This document shows, piece after piece, positions 41,701 through 52,462 of a stretch of 64,000 nt of DNA. A program made the position numbers and the translations under genes. The notes beneath the pieces were generated by a model, which was not told where the DNA came from, did no database searches, and saw only the letters and a program-made list of their open reading frames with translations. Location: assembly GCA_046563655.1 (NCBI GenBank), contig CM102285.1, forward strand, positions 10,974,001 to 11,038,000. The letters are read 5' to 3'. Each line of letters opens with the position of its first letter. Position 1 is the first letter of the stretch. Source of the DNA: Yuukianura sp. NJ FZ-2021. Its lineage: Eukaryota.

Positions 41701-43625
41701 CATTGTAACTTTTTTGTTCAAAAACTTTGACTGCTGTCACCCACTATGCCTCTTTACACCTTTTTAAAAAGCTTCAAAGGATTTTTGGAAGAGTGAAGTG
41801 AAGGTTACGTGGGCAAAAAACCTTTGAAAACCGGGCTTCAAAAAAGTAGTAAGTGTAAGGTGAGAGAAAACGGCTTCAACTTTTTTTTTGGACCAAGTTC
41901 TAAAGATTCAAAAAGAAGATGAAAGACACCGCGGCGGTGGTCGAGTCCTTTGATCTCCCAACCATATATCAGCACGAACGTGAAATATGTCCATCGCGTG
42001 CCAAAATACTCATTTTGTGTCTCAAGCAACAATTAAATCTACAAAGGGCCGCTCTCTTTTTACCTTTAAAGCTGTCAGAAGCCAAAATAAAGGCTTTGGC
42101 CATTGAGCATTTTGAGCGTTCTGGAAGCGATTATCTGGAAAATCTTAATCTACTTGCATCTGCTTCTGCTTTATAGCTTAAGCGCTTTCATGAGTTAACA
42201 GAAAAAGTAACGTTCAAATGAACAATGGAACATAGAGAGAGAGGGATTGTCAAAGGCGGCTTCTGTTTCAAATTTCTTGCATTTCTGGGGCTTGTCTCAG
42301 CGGGTAGTTTACAGTAATGGTTTTTTGCAAAAGAGACAAGCATTTCTATGTCTTTCTGTTAAAAACCAGTAGCAAGCGGTAGTTGTAAAGCAGTGGGTTT
42401 AATTGCATAATTTGGAGAGTGCATAATTACAAAGCTAGAACTCTTCCGAATCGTTAGAATCAGCATACAACAGAAGAGGAAAACAAGGAGACACTTTGTG
42501 CTTTAAACAAGTAAAGGGCTCTTGAGCCACATCAAAGGAAAACTTTCATTGGATTTTTGTTTGGGGACAGTCGGCATAGAGTTCTGCTCTGAACCACCAC
42601 CGCGGCGGTTCTTTGCGAAAAAAAACACACACAAGGCCTAGCCGTGACAAGTGAAAACCCAATGCAGCAACCACGTTCCGCTACGTTCTGGACTACGTTT
42701 TCTAGCGACTTTGAAAACTTGAAGCGACAAGCTTCAAAAAAAGATGAAGACGGAAAAGAAAGAAAGTCCTGGGATGTTGGACAGAGGTGGTTTTTGTTGT
42801 CATTTCTGGGAGTTCTTTCATGTAAGTAAGATGTTCTTAGTCTCTGTCAAAGTCGTTACGGTTTCCCTGGGCGGAAGAAGACTTTAAGCTTAAAAGACAA
42901 AGACTTTGACAAAGTCAGAAAAAATGGAGAGACTTGGACCAAAAACAATCCAAAATCTGTTTCAAAGGATCTTTGTGTTTGTGCGGACGACGGAAGATGG
43001 AAAAGAGAGAAAAAAGCAAAGCCGCTCGCTCAGTCTACGGGCAGAGAGAAACTACAGAGAAAAGTTTTGGCTTTGATCTTTCTCCGCTGGATTCAATTGG
43101 TCATACTCGTCTTTGGTCCTGGAGGACGATCCTTGCTTACAGATTTTGGATGTTATAGGACCATAGTCTTCCTTTTTGTGTACCAAAACACATGTATGAC
43201 TTTATGCACTAACCACTCTGTGGGATATAACACCTAGTGCTTTCCCTGCTTTCTCCAAAATTCATCTCCATTTTCGCTAAACTTTTTGAATTCAATCAAG
43301 ACTAATATTCAATGTTGTGTGCTAAGTATGTTCAAATCATGCGAAAAGAAAACCCACATCTACTATATTATACCCGGTAAACAAAAACAAGAACTATGCT
43401 GTGGATTGCATTTTGGCTTATCCCGAAATTACCTGGTGTAAATAGCCAAAATTGCCTAACATTTAATGTAATCTAACCATGGTCGACACCAATCAAAAAC
43501 TAGAAGCCCGTTTTCATAAATATTTCGGAATATTTTTTTCCGACTAAGCCACAGCCTATGATTTCAAATTTTGATATTTCATAGATTTACGGAGGAAATT
43601 TAATAAAAGAAAGGTGTAAACTTAC

Positions 43626-43883
43626 GTTTCCATCAAGTTTGGAATATTTTCGAAGCCGGAGGCGTCGCCCGAAGAATGATATGGACCGAATTTTGAAGCT
43701 TTTCGGGATGCGTGTATTCTGCAATGGAGAAAGTTTGCGGGTGAAAGTCGCAGTGTAAGCTGGAGTGGCTACGTCCTCTTCCTTCGTGGCTTGTTTGCCG
43801 ACTGTGCCAAAGTGGAGGGAGAAACTTCCCTTTTGATGCCAATTCCAAACTCTCACCTTTTACCCTCGACCTCTGCGCAAACG
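43626..43883 (-). CDS. nkd: Candidate distal nkd exon(s): 43883-43857 and 43801-43626, or one 258-nt exon
   Basis: Acceptor ttgttttcttttgttttctatttgcag at 43884 and donor AAC/gtaagt at 43625. Internal donor AAG/gtgaga (43856) and internal acceptor ctccctccactttggcacag (43802). The open frame VGKQATKEE...IPKSFKIRSISFFGRRLRLRKYSKLDGN ends in phase 0. Confidence 0.5.
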
Positions 43884-46289
43884 CTGCAAATAGAAAACAA
43901 AAGAAAACAAATCAGATTCCCATCAAAATACGCCCCGTGTAAACAGATCCTGAAACAAAATTTTGACTTGTGACTCAAAACAATCTAATACAGCCAAAAA
44001 ATTCAATTCTGTAGACCTTTAATTTCTAGTTTTTTGTGCTGAACGTGTAACTTCTGTGCACACACAAGAATGTGCAAAGGTGCTGCTTGGGAATGTCAAG
44101 TACAAAACCGTATCAGAAACAGAAGCAAGCATGGACAGAGGAGTACATTTTAGGACGAATAGCGCAAGACGACCTATGGTACTCTGAATTGAATCAGTAA
44201 CTGTCAAATACGTTAAAAGAAAATCAAAGTTCACGATTCTATTTCATCTGATCGGCGTTGAAGTTCGATATTTTTTTACCGATGGTTGGCATTTTTTTTA
44301 GGGTTTTATACCATGGCTAAATTTTTAAAACTTCAAAATGTTTGAAATTAGTAATTTTTAACTCGGCATTCTTCATCACACATTGGCTACCATTAGGTTT
44401 TAATCGAAAAATTCCTAGAGGAAAGGTGACTTAGGTTAAAAAAGAACAAAAAAAGGAGAAAGCGTGCAAGTCACATCGCAAGGTTTCAATTTGTAAAGAG
44501 CGAGGGTGATATATAATGAAGAAAATGAACAAGTTCTCAAGAGGGTTTCAATTTCCAAGAAATTAAAAAATGGAGTCTTAAGTCCTGGAGTATCTCTTAA
44601 AAGTATTTCATTAAGATTTTTAAACAAAGTGCTACTGAGATTCCCAGCACCTCAAGGCTAGAGATCCTAATGAAAAATGTGACACTACGTTCACATTGAG
44701 CAAACTAATTCATCCCCATTATCATTCTGTCTCATTTTCCACTAAAGTTTCTACTTCCAAAAACACTCATTTCAGATTCTCAAAGGCTTTATTTTCAATT
44801 CAGAAAAAAAGTGAAAAAAAATAGAGTGAAAATTAAAATTACTTTTCCAAGAAAATGTACAGATCTTTTGTATGCTCGAATTTGTAATTAATTTCTTCCT
44901 TCCGTGTACTTGGGCAAAATCCTTACAGCATTTTATGACAAAAGCTGCGAAAATAAATGTGAAATAGACAATGAGACAACAAAAAATAAAATAATAATTT
45001 CAATTTCAGCGACAAGAACTATAAACCTAAAAACTTAAAAGTTAAACCGGAAAGGGAAACTTTAGCGTTACAAAAGATAGTAGTTTAAAAACTACAAAAA
45101 AGCGCCCGGAAATAAAATTGAGAGAAACTTTTGAAATTTCTTTTTCAATTTTTTTAGAGATTGGAACTTTTTAATATATATTTTTTTTTTTTGGAAATTA
45201 TAACTTTGATTCTAATAAGCAGTTCTACTGAGAGCGCACAGTCTTTGGATTTTCTTTTAACTTTATATTTTTATAGGAAAAAGTTAGCTTTCACTTTGAA
45301 AGTTTTCTTTTATCTTTGCCAATTTATATTTTTGCCAATCATAGTTCCCTTCATTCCTTGTTTCTCTTTTAAAGTTAAAACGAAATCGGAGTTTGATGGG
45401 TAGTTTTCTTCTTTGAAACTACGTTGCTGCTTGCGTAAGAAACCACGGTTTCCAATTCGCGTCATTCCTTTAATCATAATCTTGGCATCTTCAGGACAGG
45501 GAACTCAAGAAAAGCAAAGTACAAAATTCCTGTGCTTTCCCCACTTTCTCCTACCTTCTCAAATGACGCTATCATTTTCTTTTTTCTTTTTCAAAATTTT
45601 GTCAACCTTTTGATTTAAAGTGGAATGAGAGAAGAGAGAGAGAGAGTAAACGCCTTACGGGAAGATGAAAAGAAAAAACTAAAAAGAAAATGGCTTTGAA
45701 AAATTTTTGTCCAAAAGTCCCCAAGGGGTTGAAGACATTTTGAAAGAAAAAAACTTGAAGAAAAAATTTCTTTAAAGAAAAACTGCGTTTTGATCATATT
45801 TGACAAACTTTTTTCTTCCTTCTTTTCTTTCAACAAATTCATTACAACATATCCCTTCAAAAAATCCAAGACTAAGACGTTCAAGAAAAATCTTGGTCTT
45901 AAATCTTAAAAATGATGCATGTATTCATCATTTAATTTTGGTTTTAAGTAGCGGGAAGACTGTCTTTTCCTTTGCCTTTGACGGATGAAACGAGCTTTAG
46001 GTAATTAGATCAAAGAACTTTCCCTGCTATTTATGCGTCTCTCTTATTGTTGTCTCTATGTATGGACCGATACATCCATTTCACCATTTCTAGCATGAAT
46101 TGTGTCTGAAATGACCATTCTAAACGATACAACTAAATGTCAATCAAATCGCATTTTTGAACGAAGATTCACTCACATTCAAAATAATTTTGAAAGGCGA
46201 ATTTTTAGGTGAAATCAAACTCCATTTTCGTATTTAAAAAAGGCGAACAAAGTTGTCAGACTTCAACATCCGAAAAAGTGAAGGAACAC

Positions 46290-46698
46290 ATATCGCAAAA
46301 CGGCGCAGCCGTTTCATAACATTTGAATATCGAATTTAATTAACTTTGAGGTGCTGAATCCGAATCTGCAATTAATTTTCGGGGGTCACGCCTCCTTCAT
46401 ATTTTAATTAATTCGTTAGTTAATTACCATGCTATATGCTATAAAATAGCCCAAGAATATTCCGTAACTAATGGAGATTCTATAATTGTTTACTATTGCG
46501 GGCTTTGAAAAGCCTAACACCGCGCCTTCGGCGCGGGTACACATAAAATTATTTGTAATTAGCAGTGTTAAAACAACTAATTAAAATATGAATTAAGCCT
46601 GACCCCCGGAAACTAATTGCAGATTCGAATTCAGCACCTCAAAGTATGTTAATTTGGATACTTATATATTGGAAAAGTGCTGCGCCGTTTTGCGATAT
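46290..46698. mobile_element. MITE (~410 bp) with ~140-bp imperfect TIRs and central GC hairpins
   Basis: ATATCGCAAAACGGCGCAGC at 46290 and its exact reverse complement ending at 46698. Further inverted blocks ACTTTGAGGTGCTGAAT.CGAATCTGCAATTA / TAATTGCAGATTCGAATTCAGCACCTCAAAGT. A TA target duplication is possible but cannot be separated from the TIR. Confidence 0.85.
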
Positions 46699-46760
46699 AT
46701 AAGCCAAGAAGTTATCGGTCCAAGGTCAAGGTCTGATGAATACGCGAAACAGTAACAAGA

Positions 46761-47144
46761 ATGAGTAGTTACGACAATACCAAGTACGAAAGCAAGTATT
46801 CCGGAAGTGCTGATGCCGATATTGCGAGGGCCGAGAGAGAAGGTACCATTACCGCAGTGACGTGGATCTTGATCATCACTGCGGTATTTCTCGGCTTGTT
46901 TTTACTCATCTGGGGAATAACTTGGTGCATCATTAAGTCACTTCATGACAAAACAGTCGCTCAACTGCGTGACCGTGGTCCACCATTTACAAACCACATG
47001 GCCATGCCACCACCTTCCGGTCATCCGATGGCGGGTACCTACCCTCCACCAGTCACTGGGTACCCTCCTCAACCACACGTCACTGGGTACCCTCCTCCCC
47101 AACCACATGTGAGTGGATACCCTCCTCCCCAACGACGATTCTGA
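46761..47144 (+). CDS. Intronless 127-aa single-pass membrane protein with Pro/Tyr-rich (GYPP) tail
   Basis: ATG in a purine-rich context. Hydrophobic segment AVTWILIITAVFLGLFLLIWGITWCII. Tandem 27-30 nt repeats encode VTGYPP(P)QPH. TATATAA at 46696-46702 and AATAAA at 47181-47186. Confidence 0.75.
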   Translation: MSSYDNTKYESKYSGSADADIARAEREGTITAVTWILIITAVFLGLFLLIWGITWCIIKSLHDKTVAQLRDRGPPFTNHMAMPPPSGHPMAGTYPPPVTGYPPQPHVTGYPPPQPHVSGYPPPQRRF

Positions 47145-47870
47145 GCATCGAACAAATCAATGGATCAATCAAGAATCCAGAATAAACGAGTCATCTCAAA
47201 TCATTGTTCAAATTGTTCATTGACTAACAACTAGAAAATAAAAATGCGAACTTTGGGGTTTCCTGTCAGAAAACGGTTTCTGGACGCAGAAAGCGGAGAA
47301 AGCACTTTGGAGTTTAATTTATGCTGTGGTTAGGTTATAAGCAAGTTAACAACTTCCAGAAATGACTAAGGTTAGGGCAAAGCGGGCAGTTTAAATTAGG
47401 TTACAGAAACTAATACCTTTGACAAAATACAACCCTCCCGCCCGTTTGTTTAGTTCCAACGTTTCTAAAGGGCTCATCTAATTATTTACTTACTCCTAAA
47501 ACACAAATGCTGCTAATTCATTCGTTTTCCGTTCCGCTTTCTCTAAACAGCTTGGGAATTGCGGCGGAAATGGAAAGCGGAGCATAAAACTCCTCAACCT
47601 AACCTGAGAACTGGGTCAAAGGATAGCAGGGGAGTCCTTTCTTTAACTCCGCTTTTGAGAACTCTTCTTCCTAGAAACTTCCTTTGACCTTTTGTTTCCC
47701 CTTGTTCCGATGGTTGTTAAGAAGTTCTAATTTAAGTTTAAAAGAAAAGAAGACGAGGGATACGAGGGAGTAAATGAGGAATTGAATAAGAAAAAAGCAG
47801 AGTTCCAATGAGTCAAAGGTTGCGAGAGGAGTAGTGACAGGGGCAGGAGTGACATGGTAAGGACTAAGGA

Positions 47871-47920
47871 AGATCAAAGGGCTCCTCTTGTCAAAGACAT
47901 GAAAGGGCCCTTTTGATCAA
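47871..47920. promoter_or_regulatory. Cluster of TCF/Pangolin-like HMG sites (candidate Wnt response element)
   Basis: AGATCAAAGG (47871-47880) is followed within 40 bp by GTCAAAG, ATGAAAGG and CTTTTGATC. Confidence 0.45.
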
Positions 47921-49559
47921 TGTATTCTCATTAATAATGTCCTCTGTTCACAACAGCATTACAATATCCAAAGAACATCACCATGCTAGATCACAGAAGG
48001 AACGTACTATGCCAAATAAGTAACAAACCTACATTTACTTTAACTTTCTAAATAGCAGACGGAAAAAAAAACTTTCGAATTCAACACAACTCTTTTTTCA
48101 TTTTTACCATTTCCGACATATCAATTTTCTAATTTCAAAATTTCAAAAAAATTCAATAAAAAACTACTAAACATAAAATACGAATATAACTGACTTTCAC
48201 TTTAACATCATCTGCCTACTATCAGCAATCGCTACCTCGCGAGTTCGGATTCATAAGCATAGGAAAAGAAAGCGATCTAGCTTTCACAAACGAATTTCAA
48301 AAAGTTTTTTTTCCATGTGTATCTTACAGACATTTAGCAAAAGATGTGATCTGGAAAAACCGTCCCGCATGCAACTGAAAATCGGAAACTTTGTCTCGGC
48401 ATTACAGACATCTGAATAGGAGGGAAAGTATGGTGGTGAAAGTGGTTTTGGGCCCTTGAACCTCCAGTCCCTGTGTGTTTGGTTGAAGTTTTTGATTAGG
48501 ATATTACCATTTACCACACGAATGACCTCCTTCCTAATATCTCTACACAAGGGATTTTGCTCCATGATCAAAGTCCTGTCCCCTTGACTGATCAAAGGGA
48601 AAAGTTCCAAAGAAGTAAAAAAGAATTAGACAGAGACTGTGTGTGGAGAGGACTCTCCTTTGAACCTAGTACTAAAGAATCCTCCTTTGGTCGGCCGATG
48701 ACACACAGGGAGAAAGCAGGGTCTCTTTTGCTTTCATCGTCCCAGGGCCCTCTACACAAAGGTAGGAACTCATCAACCTCTGTCAAATTCACTGCAATTA
48801 GGTCGAGTCCAGTTGACAGAGCAAAGGGACCGGGGCCCTTCACTCTCAGCTTTTTCCAAAATGAGTCAAAGGAAGTCTTTGAAGTACTGCTGACTTTGCA
48901 ATTGCACTACCCAGCAACCCAGCTATTAGTTTACGACCACCATTCACAGCAAAAGCACCGAGTTTGAAATATCACACATTGAAATTAAGGCTTTCCTCAA
49001 ATATTTAAACATGTATTTTGGCTTTTCACTTCGGAAAGCTTTCACTTTAAGTGAAATTTTGCAAATACTAATACTGCCGCGGGATGACCGACAAAATGAG
49101 ACATTCAATTTTCATAAAGTGAAAAGTAAAGAATGCCGCCGTGTGATATCTCTTCACACCGAAAATCGGTTTCTTTGTGCAAATGAACAAACGAAATTCA
49201 CTTAAAAGATTTTTAGGATGAAGCCGGCAGCAACGGCAGGCCCTTAAGGGGCTCACTGCCAAGGACTTTACAATGAAATGAATACAATTGAAGTGTTGTA
49301 TAGGATCCACTTAAAATCAAGCATGTAACTTTCAATTAACAAAGCGTTTGGCCCCTTTCACGCAATTGAGTGCATGTAAAAGGCGAACGAGATTTGTGAG
49401 GATTGAAATTTGAAAAAGCGTTTCTTTTTGGAATTGTTGCTGCTTATGCTTGCTATTTTCTTTTTGAAAATAAGAGAACTTGTTGAAAAAGCCGTGGCTA
49501 GCACTGTAGTGGGTGTTTTTGAAGAAGAAAGCAAAAGCGGTTTCATCAAATGTACTCAC

Positions 49560-49934
49560 TCAACAGTAAAAGCTGAGGTTCGGGCTCCTTTGATCTCCTT
49601 TCCAAAGCAGCGCGGTGCTTTTCAGCCGCCGCGGTTTTCCCTTTCGCCACGCGACACCCAAACCTCCTCTTTCCCCTTTATAACACGGTCACGGACGCAC
49701 ACAACGGCAAACACACAGCACAAAACGCTTGACGAGGAAGCGATCAATTGTAAAACACAGTTTCTGCTCAAATTGTCATCCAATTCAATTGTCACAAAAC
49801 GCCCTAGGCACTGTTACACCTTTCCGGTCAGTCATAACGTCAGTTCAACGAAAACTGCCAAGACCAAGACGTTGACCTTTTGACCCTAACTTGAACTTGG
49901 AGTCAACTCTAGTCTGCTTCCTAAATCAAACTGA
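49560..49934 (-). promoter_or_regulatory. Candidate alternative promoter / non-coding first exon oriented toward nkd
   Basis: Minus-strand TCAGTT initiator-like motif (49934-49929), TATAAAG (49682-49676), a locally GC-rich stretch with TCF site CCTTTGATCT (49587-49596) and GCCGCC nearby, and donor TGA/gtgagt at 49559. Confidence 0.35.
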
Positions 49935-50892
49935 AATGCTTAGCATTTAACTTTCGCCACACAAAACTTTCACCAACCCCCAACCCCCTAACCTTGTTTT
50001 CTGACAGGGATGAATAATATTTGGCAGAATTTGAACTCGAATTTCGGAATCTTTTATCTTTTGCCAAAAATTGGAAATTTTGAACGCGAAATGTTAGTAT
50101 AAAGGAAAGCGAAAAAGCAATTAGATTTTTTTTCTGTTGCCGGATCTCCTTTTGTGTGCAATAACTTCAAAGTTTTAGATTGTAAAAAGTGTGTGCTGGA
50201 TCTATGGAAGTTGGATTGGATGAATTGAAGAGTGAAAGTGCCAAAAGGGAAAGCGTATGATCTTTGACAGGATCATCAAAAGCCAGCGGAAGCGGGAGAC
50301 AGGAAGCCTTTGTTGTTCTGGGTTGAAGTCCTATATTATCATTTTCTTGATCCATCCTCCTACCTCTGCCCTGCCTGCCACTATTATTCCCTTTTAACTT
50401 TCTCCTTTCAATTTGTTTGACTTTGAAGGATACCGCCTGAGAAGTCAAAGGGATCATGAGAGAAAGTACTGGGGATAAGGGCACCCTTCTCCTCCCTTCA
50501 CCAAGTACCTTCAAAGGCTTCTGCGGAAGAAAAGGAACAACGTTCTTCAAATAGATCACAGTCTCATCCGTTACCTTTGATGAAAATTCAGAAATCCTGA
50601 CATGGTGCTAACAGGTTACCCGCTCCCAAAAATTGCTTCTTCAACATTGCGTACTGAACACAACTAACGTTCGTTCCACCCCACTGGATTCGCAAAATTT
50701 GAATTCGGGAGCCATTTTGATCAAAACTCCACGTTAACGTTACCCGGAGTCCGCCCTTCAAGGACCCCAGTTCATGGCGGCATATCCGTCACTAATGATA
50801 CTAAGCTACGTTAGGCTGTCTAACAAACTAGTTCTTGATAGGTTATCGATAAATTCAGAGTGTTTTAAGACGTGCGAAATTGTATTGCTTAC

Positions 50893-50917
50893 CTTTAAGA
50901 CGAGTATGTGGCTCCAT
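50893..50917 (-). CDS. nkd: Candidate distal first coding exon of nkd (MEPHTRLK, phase 1)
   Basis: gaaATGGAGCCACATACTCGTCTTAAAG/gtaagc has a strong donor. Phase 1 fits the 43883, 43801 and 16495 acceptors. A DRE-like TATCGATA lies at 50844-50851. Confidence 0.4.
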
Positions 50918-52050
50918 TTCAGACGGTCTTTTTAGTACGTTTCTTTCCTGTAGTTCGTCTTAGTTGTGGTACTGGACAGGAAACGATGGTCATTCCATTG
51001 TTGTTGAGGTAATTGAATGTTAAATTAATTGAACTTTGTTAATTACTTCTCAATTTCAAAGTTTTAAAAGGAAAACAAAACAGAAAGAAGGGGCGAAGGC
51101 GAGAAAAGAATACAAATCGGTCAGCTGGGAAAGTAAACAAAACGAATCGGTTCAAGTTTCGCGGCGAGTCTCACGTTGCCCCATAAATGTTGCTGTCGCT
51201 CACCACAAAAATTGAAATTCTTAAGACAATAACTTTTGACAGCACAAAAATATTTAAATGTCATAATAATTATTGTATAAGTGTAGTATTATATAAATAC
51301 TATTATAAACATTTAAATTGTTACTTAGCATAGCACAGATTTACTAAAACTACGCATACAGAAATAAAAATGCTCAAAAAAAGTTTTAGGAGTACAGGAA
51401 CTTAAAACAAAATTTAAAACATTTTTCTATTTGAAAAAGAAAAACGAAAAAAAAATTTGAATTGAAACTGACAGTTTTTTTTAGAACTCTCAAGTTCTTT
51501 TTTGTTCCAAAACGAAAACTAGAACGCTTTGCTCTCATCTCACCGGTCGAATGTTCGACAGAAGAGTGAACCAAGTCTTTTTTGATATATTTTCTAATAT
51601 AAATGTGTATATAATAGGCGAGCCTCCACTTTCTCTTTTATCCTCGTCTTCTCTTTAAGAAAGAACAAAGTAAAAGGTACTACAAACGATTTTTTTCGCC
51701 TTTTCCTTAAACTTAAAAGGCGTGTGTTTCTTTTGAAATCAAAGAAAGGGGGTTTGGAGAAGAAAGTGAAGGTGGGGCTGCTGGTGGGGCTGAGCCAACT
51801 TTCTGCTCCACACATGAAAGGAAACTCGGAAGAAAAAGAAAGTTTTAAAGGAGATATTAATAAGGCAATGGAAAAAAGATAGAGCTTTCTCTCTTTTGCC
51901 GAAAGGGATGGGAACCAAAGGCGGCTTTTCCTGGCAGTTCTAAGCTTTTTTCTTATTCTGCAATTCCAAGTAATTCTATATGCATTATATTCCGGGCTCT
52001 TCCTTATGAGGGGAGAAAACCCGCAATATTCTTCGACAAAATTACATCTG

Positions 52051-52270
52051 GATTTCCAGATGTGTCAAATTCGACACGTCTGAAATCACAAAAACACAAC
52101 AGGAATCCAGATGTGTGGAAATGTACACGTCTCAAATTACAAAAACACAACAGGAATCCTGATGTGTGGAAATGTACACATCTCAAATTACAAAAACACA
52201 ACAGGAATCCTGATGTTTGAAATTTGAGACGTGTGAAAATAAATACACAACACGAATCCTAATGTGTGGA
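52051..52270. repeat. 51-bp tandem repeats in left TIR (about 4 copies)
   Basis: GGAATCC recurs at 52102, 52153 and 52204 (period 51). Confidence 0.9.
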
Positions 52271-52462
52271 TTTGAGACGTATCCCGCCTCATATGTTTTT
52301 TTCAGATGTGTGAAATTGAGGCGTCTCGATTCCTCATGTCTCAATTCCTGTTGTGTTTTTGTGCACAGTTGGTTGAAGTCACCCAAGGGTGCATCCGGTA
52401 TAACCATACGGAATATTCTACACCCATACCAAACAAATGTGTTACAACTCAATACGACACAA

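Noticed and set aside
21300..46200. Numerous 60-135 aa ORFs in the nkd upstream region
   Set aside because: Mostly non-ATG starts, F/K/L-rich and without motifs, consistent with chance ORFs. The candidate exons reported separately are the exceptions.
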